A stretch of 64,000 nucleotides of DNA from Felis catus (GCF_018350175.1 NC_058368.1:172734001-172798000), one strand, 5' to 3'; positions 24,301 to 53,570 are shown, numbered from the stretch's first letter. Notes: generated from the letters alone by a model not told the origin. Made by a program: numbers and translations.

Positions 24301-24704
24301 ACCTAGATCATGGCCTCTGGGATGAACTCCTGCCAAGGCATCTTCAGCCTCACCTCTCAGTGCCCTTCCCTCTGCAACCAGCCTGTGTTTCCATCCTGCA
24401 CTGCTAAGTCGTGCCTTCTTTCCCCGAAGCTCTTGCCCCCACACTTACTACTCAGCTTCATGGCCTCACTGTCACTTTGCTGGACAAGTCAGCTCCAGGT
24501 GGCCTTACTCCCCAGGGTTGGAGAAATCCAGGGATGTCAAAGTGTGCTGCGGTTGCCTGTGTGCGACTCCAGAGGTTGCATCTGTCTTGTCATCTGGCAC
24601 ACAGATGGCACCTCCAAAACCACTTGGTAGGAGTGACTGGAGATGCCTAGTTCCCTGTTTGGTCTTATAGCCACAGGACAGGAAACACTTCAAGAATGGA
24701 TCTG

Positions 24705-24869
24705 GGGGCACCTGGATGACTCAGTCGGTTGAGTGTCTGACCCCCGATTTCGGTTGAGGTCATGACCTCACCATCATGAGATCAAGCCCCATGTCAGGCT
24801 CTACCCTGGGCATGGAGCCTGCTCCAGCTCCTCTCTCTCCCTTTCCCTCTGTCCCCACCCCCCACCAAA

Positions 24870-24916
<47 letters not shown>

Positions 24917-24930
24917 AATCTTAAAAAAAA
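24705..24930 (+). mobile_element. CAN-SINE with (AAAT)n tail
   Basis: ggggcacctggatgactcagtcggttgag head and about 12 AAAT units. Confidence 0.85.
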
Positions 24931-27699
24931 AGAGCTGGGTCTGCATCCAATTCACTCCTGGGAAATGTCAGCCATTCACCAAAAAGTCAGTGAGAGAGAA
25001 GCCATCACCCAGCTCTCGACCTTCGCAGGGTGGTTTACAAGTGAGATGAGGACCCATCATCCATGTGAATAAAAGAAAATGGAGGCATATGCGAGGGGCT
25101 CTGGAATGGACAGAGGGAATCCCAGATGGCAGGGTTTTTGGGTCATAAGTACTCAGAGCCACCAGTCAAGCGAAGGGACAAAGACTCAGACCAGGGGACA
25201 GCAGTGGGAGAATGTGGTGTGTAGAGTGAGGATGGCTAACCTGTCCTGCATATCCAGCACATGCCAGTCCCATTGCTGGCCTCTTCACATTCATTATCTC
25301 ACACCCAGGAGGTGGCTGCTGCCATCCTCATTCTACAGACAAGGAGTTGGGCCAGCTCAGGCCCACATAGCCAGGGGGTTGTGAAGTCCAGGTGACTGGA
25401 AGGCCCACTGTCCTGGCAGGAAGGCAGGCACTGGTAACAATTTTACACTCCTCCCACACCAAGACAGATGAACTGAGGCCACAGAGAGGATTGCCGCCAT
25501 AGTCAGCCAGGCATAGAGCTTACCAGAGCCTCATTTCCAGTTAGGCCAAGGTACTACAGGTACTAGAGGTGCTACAGGTAGCACCTCTGTGACCCAACCC
25601 TGGCACTGGGCCAGGAACCCAGGGCTTGGAAACTGTGAACAGGACAACAGACCGGGGTCACAGAGAGCTGTGGGCAGAGGGGCCCTGCGTGGCTCAGTGT
25701 CTACTGTACTCACATCTCTCCCTCCAAGGGAGTTGGCCACACCTCGGGAGCTGGGGTGGGGGGGAGGGGGGAGATGAAGATGCCCTCTTCAGAGAGTCAG
25801 CCTGGCATAACACACAGAGCACTAAAGAGAGAGCTAGGGTTCAAATTAGGCTGTGTGGCTCCATCCCAGCTGTTCCCATGTCTGAGCTGGAGTTTCTTTG
25901 CCTGTAAGACAGGGATGATGAGACCTGCCTAGGATTGCCAACGGTGGAGCAAAACTGATGAGGGAAGTGAAAACACTTCAAGACTGGTGTACACAGCTGC
26001 ATGTGACAAACCAAAAGCCAACACTTCGCAGCCTCAAGAGGCTCAAATATGGAAACCAGCCCATGGCACTATATCTACACAAACCTGGAAGTGGTCCAGC
26101 AGAAACTACCATCGCTTTACCATGGACCAGAAGTCATGGCCTCGTGACTCTCAGGCTGGACACAGTTCATGGGCATGTTTTGTTGGCCCACAATCAATTC
26201 TTAAAAATATCCTGATTAGTTGCCAAATTTAAAACCCAGGAGATTTTACATAAAAGTCTGGATTCTTGGTTCATCTTAAAAATTATCTGGTCATTCCAAG
26301 TCCACATTCTCACATGGTGACATAAACTGCAGCTGGGCAGCTCCCCGGCCCACCTCACTCATTCCATTGCTCCTTGGGCCCTAGAGGCCCAAGGGTTTCC
26401 ACCAGCTGAACTATAAATGAGCACCCACAGTAGCCAGCAGTACATGGATGGGCCCATCTCTGCTGAATTCTACCACAGCTAGGGCTGCAAGCTGATCAGG
26501 CCACAGAGCCCAAAAACCAAGAATTTGGGCATTGGGGGGTTCTCAGGTAACTGAGGTAGCCCTCACTCCTTAGTTTCACCCAGAGAGAGAAAATGGAGGA
26601 AGGGAGCCAGCCCAGCAGCAGCACAGTCCTATAGAACATCTGGGTGAGCAAGAATCTGGCTGATTTTGGTGGAAGAAGGAAAAGTGTACTAAGGCTTGAA
26701 AGACGTAGGGAATTTCCTCACTGGAAGAATATGAAAGGAAGTTAAGAATGCTCCTCTAGAAGGCCCTACATTTCTTTTCCGCAATAGATGGTGTGTGGCA
26801 GGCAGAGAGCTGCTGTGCCAGGAGAGAAACCTTCACTGAAAACTGAGTTCCACCACTTACTGGTTGTGTGACCTTGGGGAGATCACGTTACCTCCCTGAA
26901 CCTTGGAGTCTTCATCTTTAAAATGGGGATCATAAACTTACCTGCACAATTGTAAAGGTTAGGAGATAATGAATGCAGAACACTCAACACACAGCAGGAA
27001 CAGAATGAAAGGAGCCTGTGAATAATTCCAAGGGCACTCTTGCCTGCAGCATCAAGACTCAGGACTGAGTTCGGGCACCACCCGTCTAAGGACATCTTAT
27101 GCCAAGGCCTCAAATGCCTGGGGTAACGGTCACCTCTGGTGCCCCAGGACACTTCCCTGGATGGGAAAGGAAACCCAATGGTGGTTGTGGTCACTGGGCT
27201 GTTGAGTCCAAGGTCTGTGATTGGAGGCTGGCATCTGCTGAGTCAGGTCTGGGAGAGCTGGCAGGAGGACCATTTCTCTCCCCAGCACCCTGCCGCTGTC
27301 GGCTGGGGGAGGTTGGGAGAGGAGCCAGAGGTCATTTCCTCTGACTCAGAGGCCATTCTCCTCCCAGAGGAGCTCCCCTGGAGGACAGCGCATCTCCATG
27401 TGGCGCTGGCCTGCCTGCTGGCCAACCTGCATGCCACCCAGCACAGTCTGGGCTTTGTGCTCAGACAAGAAAGGGACACTTGTGATCCAGACAATGGGCT
27501 GGGGCGCTCCCATTTGGCCTGAGCTTCAGCTTCCCTGGGTCAGCAATGTCCTTTTCCTCTGCTTCTACCCACTCTGCTCCCACCACTCCCTGGAGAATGG
27601 TGGCTTGGAACGTGGAGCAGAAACCCATCACCGGCCCTAGCCGCGGTTTGGCATATGCCCTGGCCATGAGGAGGAGGGACGTAAGCTTCTTTCTTCTCC

Positions 27700-28830
27700 C
27701 CTGGTAAGGAACATCGCCTCTGTGGCACCCGACTCGGGTCAGACCATTTTGCTGGCGAGTGGTGGTAGTGGTGGTGGGGGTGTCGGAACACAGACGCCGG
27801 ACGGACGCAGCCATCAAGCCTCCTCCTCCCGCGGCAGGCCCAGGGGCTGGGCCGCCCCCACATTTGCAGCCACCCCAAGAGCCCTGCTGCGACGACTGCA
27901 GCCACGTGGGAGCTAGCTCGTGCCCACGGGGCCGCTCACCCCCCCACCCCCATCTTCGAGGAGCTGTGGAGGCAGGCACACCCAGACGGGTGAAGTTATT
28001 ACCCCCACCGCTCGAGGGCGAGTCCCTGCACCCCCACTCCCCCTGCGCCCCTGGGCTGCGGCCCCGCGTGGGTTGGGGGAGGGGCGGGAGGGGGCGTCGC
28101 CGCCCCGCAGCCGCGTTGCCTGGGAGCGCAACCCCGTTGCTGTGGCAACCGTTTCCAAGCGAACCGGTGGCGGCTCGCGCCCGGCTTTGGCTCCCTCGCT
28201 CACTGGCGCCCTCCCTCTCCCTCCCTCCCTTCCTCCCTCCGGAGTAGGCTGGGGGAGGGGCTGGCCGGGGCGGGGGTCCGAGGCCGCGACCCGGGGCCAA
28301 AGCTCGGAGCTGCCCGCGGGGAGGGGCTCAGCCCGGGACCATCTTCTGCCCGCGCTCCGGGCCCGCCCGGCCCGCCGCCGCCGCCGCGGTACTCACGGGC
28401 CCAGACATCCTCCTCGAGCTCGTCCTCCTGGCTCGGGGCGAGTGGTGCCGGCCCCGCGGACAGAGCCCCCGGCCTGGGGGAGGCGGCGACGGCGGCCCCG
28501 GGTAGCTGACTGTGGCAGCGAAGGCGGCTGCGAGCGCTGGGCTCGAGCCTCGGGGCGCGCACGGGCGCGTACACGGCGCGTACCAGCCCGGCGTGCGCGC
28601 GCGCGCGGCAGCCGGCAGGGGGCCCCCACCCCCAGCCTTTCGCCAGCGAGGAGGCTGTCCTGGGAGCCGAAGGCGGAGGACCTGGCACCCACCTGCCGCG
28701 CGGAGACTCACACGCGGGGCGCTGGGTTCACCCTGCACAGGGAAAGCACGCGCCACTCCGCACCGCTCCTGGCAACAGGCTGTCCGGAACGGGCGCACGC
28801 AGGCAGACCGGGTGTACACAATCGGCCGAG
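27700..28830 (-). promoter_or_regulatory. PRR7: CpG island; probable PRR7 main promoter and non-coding exon 1 (donor after 28397)
   Basis: CpG island about 8 kb upstream of the PRR7 CDS; minus-strand donor CCC|gtgagt at 28397/28396; matching acceptor ttctacag|G at 20431. Confidence 0.65.
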
Positions 28831-31800
28831 CACACAGGATGCTCAGTCAAGCAGCTGACACACACATACAGCTCAACCCGGAAAGCACACACAAGTCCAG
28901 GCACCGGCCACATCCTGAAATGCACAGCACACATGTAGTGGGCAAGAGTTGGAGCAGGCAGGTTACCCCAATGTTGTTCCAGCTCACCAAGGCATGGCCC
29001 CTCCCAACTCATGGCCCCTCCCAGTGTGTCTTCAGTGAGCATACATCACCACTTCTACTAAGAAGTGGTACGGGGAGGAGACCCAGTGCTGGATCCATAG
29101 CCTTGGGCTTCATGGACCCTGCTCATACCCAGGGTACAGAGGTGAGCCCTAGTGAGAGTCACCTCAGTGTGCGGCACCACACTGACAGCATAGAGCCTGC
29201 TTGGAATTCTCTCCCCTTCTCTCTGCCCCTCCCCTGCGCGCGCGCTCTCTCTCTCTCTCAAAAACAATTAAACTTAAAAAAAACAAAAAACAAAACCCTC
29301 CACCACCATACCAGCTGGGACATTTTGGTTTGCAAGTGACAGAATCCCAAAACAAACAGGCTTGGACGCAGAAGTGTTTGACTCATGTAACTGAGAAATC
29401 CAGAGGTAGATTTTAGCTACGATCACAATTGGTTCCAGGTGTCCCAACAATGGTATCAGACATGTATCTATTCTCTCCACTCTTTCTTCCGTTTGCATCA
29501 TTCTTGAAAATTCCCATGTGGTGGCAAGGATGACCTCCCTGCCCCAGCTCTAGGTTTATATCCTGCCACCCAACCCCAGAGAAGAGAACCTCAATTCTTT
29601 CCCAATAATTCTAGTCAGCCCCCCAAAAGACTCTTTTTGGATTCATTTTGGCTTAGTATCCTTCAGTGAACCAATCCAGTTGGAGGGATATGTATTCAGC
29701 CACCCAGTATCCATTTCCTTTTCTTTGGTTACAAGGCACCCTATTTCATCGGGGCGGGGGGGACTCATTGCACCTCCTGGGTGCCATCATACTGGGCTTG
29801 TGAACCCAAGTGCCCTGCTCCCCCAGTGAACAGTGGGCAGATTTCCAGCTGGGCCATTTGGGCTCCTTGGGTTTGCAGTCAGGCTCAGTGATGCAGACAC
29901 AAACATGGCTGTAGCCATCTTGCTTCTGGGGGTCATATCCTGATGAGAATGGGGACTGTGACTGAGACCCTGGAGGTGCCCCAGTTCTGGTTCTTCCTAT
30001 CACATCCCTCCATAACCTTTTTAACACTCTTAGTTGGAGAACAGTTCTGTCGCTTGCAACCAAAGATCTCTAACAGCTGGGTCCCACACTCTAGGTGTAT
30101 GTGTACACAGGGGGTGTAAACCCAGCCCCATCTAAACCACATGGACTGAGACAGGAGGCTCCCCAAAGTAAACATGGGGTGCCTTTGTACATGCTAGGTG
30201 GACACCCTGACAAAACCAGTTAAAATCTTTCGGGGATTCCCTTGCCTTCTAGATGAGGCATCTTTTACATGGCTTTCAAAGCCCAGTGTAGTGCTGACTT
30301 TGGCTCCAGTTGCTCCCCTTTCACTTATCACACACTCATCACTCACCCCACTGCACCCACCCCAAGCCATGCTAAACCACTAGAGGCCCTAGACCATCCA
30401 TCTGGCTCCTCCACCCAGGTATATCTGGCTCTGAATCCTGGAGGGTACTAACTCTGACATTTTTGTGGCCAAAGGGGCGTTGACCCCCACCTCCTCAGCA
30501 GTCCCAGCCCCACCAGGTCTAGAATCATCCCTGCCACAGTGCTGATCACACTAGGTCTTACCTGTTCCCATTTCTATCTCCCTACCAGAGAGAGCTCCAA
30601 ACTGGCGGGGGCCTTGTCTACATCTGGGTCGCCAATTCCCACCATAGAGCTGGGTGGTTAGGTGACCTTAAGAAAGGCTTGTTGGGAAGTGAATTCTGGG
30701 AGTTTTCACTGCTAAGGAACTCACTGTGGCAAGAGCTTTGATGAGGTGAACTGTAGCCAACGAGTTCCCTGGGTGCGTACCAGGGAAGGGGGATTGTGGG
30801 AGGTCCCTGGTGGGAGGTTGTGACCTACCTACAGGCAGAGTGCTCCAGGGACCTACTGGTCCACCTGGCACCCACTCACCCTTGCACACCTGCTCAGGGT
30901 GGGCTTTGTCTTCTGCACAGACACTGAACTGCCCTCCCACCAAAACAGAGCAAATGTACCTTAGGCCCCAACCTTACACTTATGGGTAGGATCCAGCTTC
31001 ATTTTCAGCTGGCTTCCTCACCATTCTGCAGCAGCCATTAACCAGCTGGAAGACCTTGGGCAAGGCCCTCTCCAGTTTCCCTCAAGAAGCAGCAGCACTC
31101 ATCCCACCTACTACCAAGAGCTGAGCCACCACCAGAGGCCCCTTCTGCTTAATCAGTGCTTAGAGCCTTCTGGCTGCCCTGGAGATAGCTATTAGCCTGG
31201 CACCCAGCACCCACTCTCCTAGGAGGCAAGAGTCCTGCCAGTGACCCAGGGGCTCAAAGAGGGGACTGGCCGCTTTTATGGATTCTCATAGCTGCCCTAT
31301 GAGGTAATGGGTATCACACCCATCTTTCTAGACAAGAGAAGGGCCTATGCAAAGCTAGCTTGAAAAGCGGCCTGATGAGACTTGAACCCAGAACTGTCCA
31401 ACTGCAAAGCTCATGTGGCCCCTGTGGCACTAGTACCTAGCCTAGAACAAACCCTTACTGTGGTTACAGAACATCCTTGGGGGGCTGGGGGCATTGCGTA
31501 TGGACTATGGTGCAGCAACAGGTTTATGAAGTCTGGGACAGACTTGTCAACAGACTCTCATCCCTGTCTTTGCATAGATGGGATGCTATGGAATGTTGCC
31601 CCAATCCCTCTGTGCCCAGGTGAGTAAGTCTCCTTTAAGGCCTGGCTCAAATATTTTCAGAGAACCCTCCCTGATGCCCTCATGGCTGATCCCTACTGAC
31701 CTCTGCCACAGCCTAACTCCCAGCATCACCACTGTCTCACCTCTACCCAGCCACATTTCCTGCTCCCAGGGCAGAGAGATGGCTCTAACATACCAGCCCT

Positions 31801-33323
31801 AGGCCGAGCACGCAACAGGTGTCCAGGTAAGACAGTGGGTAGATGTTTCTAACAGCAGCTTCCGCCTTGCTCCCCAGGCTGCTCCAAGCCCACAACTGGT
31901 GGCCAGACCACCTTGGCCTTGGAAGGGACCCTACCAACTGAGCCTGCCTCTCTAGTACAGGTAGTGCCAGACTCACACCCTAGTGGGAACCCAAGGCTTC
32001 TTCCCTCAGGCTTCATCCCATCTAGGAAATTGAGAACCCACTGGGTATGCCCAAAGGCCACCAAGGCCTGGCTGCCTGGAGAGGCTACTCCAAGATCAGC
32101 TGGGGGTGGGGGGAGTGTGAGGGGGAGGGTTCAGGGCCTTGTTGGAAGGGCAGCCCCCACCAGGCCCACCTCTGATCCCTTCCCACTTCCAGCAGGGCAA
32201 GGGAAGCAGGAAGACCCCTGGAACACCAGGAGCAAGAAAGAGGCAGGCAGGGCAGCTGGCCAGGTTTGTGCTCGACTGTATTCACTCAGAGACACGTGGC
32301 AGCTTACATTGGACAAAATGAGTAATAAAAATTGGCTTTAAATACGGAAAAACCAGGGCCCTATAATCCCATGCTATCCTAACACTGGGACCAGGACGGC
32401 CATCACAATCTGGGAAGGACCAGAACTGGGGCCTGGGGTGCAGGTACACACCGCAGCCTACCCACTTCACACACACGCACACACTTGCACTCACACACAC
32501 ACCCCACACGCACACACAGGGAGGGATGGATTATTGCTGGGCACATGTGTCTATTGTTAAGAGGGGAAGTCTGGAATGTTTCAGAGTTGACTAAGGACAA
32601 CCTCCCCCACTTCCCACGGCCTGGGCTGGGGCATTTCTGCAAGAGGTGTCTTCAGGACAGGGCCCAGCATGAGGGACAAGGCGCCCTGGGAGCTGGAAGG
32701 CAGAGGCAGACCCATCTGGGATAGCCTGGGCAGTGGACTGATGGGTCCCAGGGTCAGCCCAGTCTCTGGTCACACTTTGGCACAGGCCTAGGGGATACAG
32801 AGGCCCCAGTCCAGCTTTGACAAGTGCTGATGAGGGACAGCATCGGACCCCAGAGGTGATAGCCCTGAGCCCGGGGCAGCAGAGGCAGGCATGAGTTTCA
32901 CTCAGAGGTCAGCGGTGGCGAGCACAGTGCTGGGGGCTCAGGGGCCTTGCCTGACCCAGCCTCGGCCTGTCCGAGCTGGGCCCAAGGAGCCTTGAGTTTG
33001 GCAGTGGCCCTTCTGCCAGCTCCAGGGTAGGTCTTAAGAACGCTCCGGTTGCTATATACATTCGTACAAATACATAAATACAGAAAGCCCCGAGCTCCAC
33101 GGACAAGAGCTGAAGGGACGCACCTTTGTCCCAGGGACAGCCCAGGCCTTGCCAAACTCAGCCAGACCAGGGGCTGAGGGGCAGAGGACACTGGGGACAG
33201 CTCCGGCTGTGTTCCCCAGGCCACAACTTGAGTGGACAATGGGGAAGACCACTGTGCAAAACTGTAAACAGCGCTCGGAGTAGCTGCTACCGCCAACCAC
33301 CGGTAGGGGCCTCAGGCCGGGGG

Positions 33324-47962
<14,639 letters not shown>

Positions 47963-49227
47963 GGGCTGCGGCGCCGCCGGGCCCGCCGGGCCGAGCCGCC
48001 GGCCGGGATCGCTCGCGGGAGCCGGGGCCGGATGGCGATCGGCGCGGCTCGGCTCGCAGTGACCGCGCCGCGGCCTCCCGGGCCTCCCCGGCCGCCGCCG
48101 CCCGCCGCGAACACTCCGCCCCCTCCCGGGGGCCACCCGGGCGCCGGCCCGCCCCGCCCCGCCTTCTGTTTACTTTACGAGGCCAATAACCGGGCGGGCG
48201 CTCCCCGCGCCGTCTTCCCATTAGACAGCCTCTTCGTCATCCCCCGCCTTCCGCGCCAGGGATTCGCTCAAAGGAGCAGGGAGGCGGGACTTTATACGTC
48301 ACCTCTTCCTGGTTGGTCCGAGGTTGGGTTCAGCCCCTAGGTTCGAATTTCTGGACCTTCGTAGGGTAGCGAACTGCCAATTAGGGCCGAGCCCTCCGCG
48401 AGGACAACAGAGGTGGGTCCTCTTGGTCACGCCCTGAAATCTTGGACTTTTATTGGATAAAATAAACGTCAATCATCCTCAGCACTGAACTCTGATTGGA
48501 CCACCAAATAGGGGCGTGGCCCGGGTCCCTCTAACTAGTCTTGACTTTTCTAGGGTTTGTAGGGGATGCATTTGCTATCTTGGGCCTCCTGCGGGCTGAC
48601 TGTAAGCTGTTTTGGGCCATGTGTCCAGCCATATTTCTTTGGGTTGACCCATTCTGGAGAGCGCACATCGGAAGCGGGGAGAAGTCCAAAAAAGACTGGC
48701 ATCCTCCCTAGCGGCTCCCCAGCCTCCGGACCCCGCCCCGCCCCCGCAGCCGGATGTTGTGATTTCTCTCCACCCACACGGCCTCGCCCGCCCTCGGTCT
48801 CTGCTGCCTTATAAGGCAGCGCTACCACCCCGAGACGTTTGGATGAACTCACACCCATTATACAGGTGGGGAACAGGAGTGCCAGAAGTCCAGTGGCTGA
48901 CTCTACGCCAAAGGCCAGGAAGAAAACGAGGCTGATATCCCACTCCTGCTTTACACACCAGAAAAGGGAGGCTTGTCCAAACTGAGAAAGTAGTGAGAGT
49001 AAGGCAGAGCCGAATTCAGCTAGGCTTCTCTGATCCCTATCCATTCATTCATCCAAAAATACAGAGCACCCGTTTTGTGCTAGGCATTGAGCCAGGTGCT
49101 GGGAAATACAGTGGTATTAGCAAGATAGCCAAGCTCTCTGCTTAAGTGCTAGAAGGGGGGTAAAGGTTAATCCTATAAGTAATCAAATAAATAGGATGGT
49201 CTCAGAGAGTAATTGACTGTTGAGACG

Positions 49228-49415
49228 CGGGCACCTGGGTGGCTCAGCCAGTTAAGCGTCCAACTCTTGGTTTCAGTTTAGCTCATGATCTCACGGTTCA
49301 TGGGTTTGAGCCCCACATCAGGCTTCATGCTGACAGTGCAGAGCCTGTGTGGGAGTCTGCCCTTCCCCTACTTGCTCTTTCTCTCAAAAATAAATAAAAC
49401 TTAAAAAAAAAAAAG
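49228..49415 (+). mobile_element. CAN-SINE
   Basis: gggcacctgggtggctcag head and A-tail. Confidence 0.85.
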
Positions 49416-50359
49416 ACATTAAGACAAAATACGAAAGAGTGAGGGGGAATGGTCTCAGGGTGTGACATTTGAGGAGATCCAATAGCCATATGTGACTCGT
49501 GGCTACTATATTGGACAGCACTGAGAGTATTTCCATCCTCACAGAAAGTTCTGCCAGATAGCACTTGTCTGGAGGAAGGAGTGGCTTCCATTTGCACAAA
49601 GATTCCATGCTGACAACCTGAATTGGAGAAAAATGGTGCCACCAACTGAGAAGGAATGAAAGATGGTAGTCCAGGTACTTTCTGAACCCCTAAACTTGTC
49701 TTTGAATAGGCAGTTCTGTCACCTCTTGAAATTTATGCCCCAAGTCTCTGCTAGAGAGAAGTGGGGTTTTGTGTGTGTGTATCCAGATATTTGTGAGCAG
49801 GAACTTTATGGCTTCCTATTTCTCATCCCATAGACCCACACCCCAGCAGTAGAAAGATAGAAGCCAGGGAAAGAAGATGGTGCCTTTTTTCCCTAGTCCA
49901 AAATTGATGGAAGACACCCAGGTGTGCAGGGAGAACTGGGGCAGTTGTGTAGAAATTGCTGAGAAGGGGGAGTGTGTCCATATGGGAAAGTTTCTTTACA
50001 AACTTCTGTAGATTGAGCCCTTACAGTATGCCAGGCTCTACCCTTTCAAATGTATTCCCATTCAGCTATCTCAACAAGCTGGCCAGACAGTATGAGTGCC
50101 TCTACCTCCCTAAAGAGGTGTGGCAATTAAGGTTCATAGGGGCTGAGCCCCTGACCAAAGGTCACACTGAGGGAGTCAGTGGCCTCGATGAAATTGAAAG
50201 TTTCCTGATTCAGGTTCACTGCTGTTTTGTTTTTCCAGTCCCTGTTTCTAAGTCATTATTTCCCTACTTTAAGCTACTGACTTACAGAGTGATCATGGGA
50301 AGTATTGTTTTGTTTTGTTTTGTTTTGTTTTAGAAACTTCCTGGTAACAATATATGAAT

Positions 50360-53300
50360 TCTTGCATCAGTTAGGACTTCTGGTTGCAACTCAAAGTGGC
50401 TTAGGCAAAATAAGGAAATTTATTGGTTCAAGTAACTTAAGGGAAGACGTGGTAGTTCTGACTTTGGATCCCAGGTCTGTAATGGTGTCACTCAAAATTT
50501 GTCCTTCCCATATTCTGACTCTGTTTTTAATCTGTGTTGTCTTTATTCTCAGGCAGGTTTTCTTTCTGAGGTGATAAAGATGGCTGCCAGCAGCTCCATG
50601 CTTACTTCTTACCAATGAGGCAACTTCTATGGAAAGAGAAAGCCTCTGTCTTAAAGATTCCAGCAAAAATCCTGGGGCTGCCTCTTACCAACTTGATTGG
50701 GGTCAGCTGTTCCTTTTGAACAAATCACTGAGGACAGAGAGTGGCCGTGTTCTGATTGGCCAGACATGGGTCACATGCCCACTCCCACCTCAGCTGAGGG
50801 ATGGGGTAAGTTATTAGGAATCAATCCGTCTATATTAATTATCAAATGCTGGTAACAAATCACCCTAAAACTTATGGCTTAAAACAACAATTAGGGCACC
50901 TGAGTTGCTCCATCCATTAAGTGTCTGACTCTCAGTTTTGGCTCAGATAATGATCTCACGGTTTGTGGGTTCGAGTCCTGCTTCAGTCTCCATGCTGGTA
51001 ACATGGATCCTGTTTGGGATTCTCTCTCTCTCTCTGTCTCTCTCTGTCTCTCTCTGTCTCTCTCTCTCTTTTTCTCTCTCTCTCTTCCCCTCCCCTGCTG
51101 GGTCTCTCTGTATCTCTCAAAACAAATTAAAAAAAAAAAAAACTTGGGGCACCTGGGTGGCTCAGTCGGTAGGTGTCTGACTTCAGCTCAGGTCATGATC
51201 TCACCGTTGGTGAGTTCGAGCCCCACATCAGGCTCTGTGCTGACAGCTCAGAGCCTGGAGCTTGCTTCGGATTCTGTGTCTCCCTCTCTCTCTGTCCCTC
51301 CCCACCTCTCTCTCTCTCTCTCTCTCTTCTCTCTCAGTAATAAATAAACATTAAAAAAAAAAACTTAAACAACTATTGGGGCACCTGGGTGGCTCAGTCA
51401 GTTAAGTGTCCAACTCTTGATTTTGGCTCAGGTCATGATCTCACATTTAGTGAGATTGAGCCCCCTGTCGGGCTTTGCACTAACAGCATGGAGCCTGCTT
51501 GGGATTCTCTCTCTCCTTCTCTCCCTCTGCTCCTCCCCTGCTAGTGCTCTCTGTCTCTCAAAAATAAATAAATAAACTTAAAAAAAAAACAATCAATTAT
51601 CATTTCTCACTGTCCCCAAGGTTCGAGAATCAATTATACCTTAAAAAAAAATTCAGCAGCAACGTGGCTGTGTAGTTTTAGCTTGAGACCTCCCATGAGG
51701 TTGCATGCCAGATGTTGTTTGGGGCTGCAGTATCCACTTCCAAAGTGGCCCATTCAAAAAAAAATTTTTTTATGTTTATTCATTTGAGAGAGAGACAGAC
51801 AGAGCATGCGTGGGGGAGGGGCAGAGAGAGAGAGGGAGACACAGAAAGCGAAGCAGTCTCCAGGCTCCTAGCTGTCAGCACAGAGCCCAAGGTGGGGCTC
51901 TAACTCACAAACCCTGAGATCATGACCTGACCCAAAGTCGGACACTTAACTGACTGAGCCACCCAGGCTAAAGTGGCTCATTCAAACTGGTGTTGGTTGT
52001 TGGCAGGAGACTACTTTCTCCCCACATGGGCCTCTCTGTAGGGTTGCTTGAGTGTCCTCACAACATGGCAAGCTGGCTTCCCCCAGAGTGAGCAACTGCA
52101 ATCCTTTTTATGACCTGGGCTGAGCAAAACCATCACTTCTGCCATATTCTATTGGACACAAAGAACAGCTCTGACTCTAACTCATGTGGGAAGAAACTAT
52201 ACTAAGGCATGAAATCCAGGAGATGAGCATCAATAGGGAACATCTTGGAGGCTGACTCCCACAGCATCCCTCCATCCTTCCTTCCCTGTTTGTTCTACTT
52301 TTCCTATGTATAGGTTTCCTTCTCAGGCAGTGTCTCCCCAAGCAGTACAAAATCAACATCTCCCGGCTTGCATTCCTGGTGACATGAGTGGGAAGAAAGT
52401 ATCTTTTTTCCCAAAGTTCTGGCAAAAGTCCCAAGGCTGACTCTGGCCAAATTTGTGTATATGCTTATCCCTGAACCAATGGCTATGGTCTAGAGATACC
52501 ATGCTCTGATTGGCCAGACCTAGGCCACACCCCCATGCTTAGAACTGAAGGTAGAACTGGAAGCACTAGAGACTCACCCAGAGGATGAAGGAGGAGTGGT
52601 TCCCAAAGGAAAAAGCAGGGTGTCACTACTGAATCAAGGTGAATGGTTTGGGGGCAGGAGAAATAATAATGCCATCCCATCTCCCACACTTTTGCTCCAA
52701 CTGCACATTTTAGCACCTCTTGGTTTAGCATTTTTCTCATAGGATCATCTACTTTCTTGGCCCACTTTCTGTAGTAGGTAGAATTCTAAGATGGCCCCCA
52801 GGACCCATGGTGTATGCATACCTTCTCCTAGTTATTCAATCCACCACTAATCTAGATGTTCTATAGAAGAATTCTGCAAATGTAGGTAAGGTACCAAGTA
52901 AATAGACCTTAAAATGAGATTATCATTGGCAGGCCTGACCTAATCAGGTAAGTCCTTAAATGGAATGGGATTCTTCCTGGCAAAAGAGATTCAAAGTGTG
53001 AGAGAGAGTCAACATGGGGGAGAGTCTCTGTTGCTGGCTTGGAAGATGGAGGGGACCACATGGCAAGAAATGCAAGCAGCTTCTAGGAGCTAAGTCTGGC
53101 CCCTGGCTGACAGCCTACAAAGAAACTGGGACTTCAGTCCTACAAATCAAGGAACTGAGTTCTGCCAATGGCCTGAATGAGCTTGGAAATGGATTTTCCT
53201 CCAGACCTTTCAGAGAACTCAGCCTTGATCACAGTTGTGTGATACCCTGAATAGAAAACCCAGTCACACGGTGCTGGAATTTTGAGCTACAGATTTGCAA

Positions 53301-53570
53301 ATAAATGGTTATTTTTTAAAAGTTTTTATTTATTTTGAGAGAGAGAGTGGGGGGAGGAGGGTAGAGAGTGAGGGAAAGAGAGAGAATTCCAAGCAGGCCC
53401 TGCACCATCAGCACAGAGCCTGACACACGGCTTGAACTCACGAACCATAAGATCATGACCTGAGCCGAAACCAAGGGCTGAATGCTCAACTGACAGAGCC
53501 CCTGGTGCCCCAGTGGGTATTGTTTTAAGCTATGAAGTTTGTGGTTAATTTTAGGCAGCAACAGAAAATG
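50360..53570. mobile_element. Repeat cluster between GRK6 and F12: MaLR (MLT1-like) LTR fragments interrupted by CAN-SINEs (about 50894-51142, 51146-51365, 51378-51590 on +; 51762-51968 and 53322-53510 on -)
   Basis: SINE heads and tails are directly visible; LTR-like phrases include gattctaagatggccccca, caaggaactgagttctgccaa and gtcctcacaacatggca. Confidence 0.7.

Noticed and set aside
27461..29339. Long ORFs of 275-312 aa in the PRR7 promoter island
   Set aside because: GC-driven open frames with no recognisable domain, mostly non-ATG starts; one ends in a SINE.
49956..50333. 125-aa ORF between GRK6 and F12
   Set aside because: Non-ATG start, overlaps MIR-like and simple-repeat sequence, no protein family resemblance.
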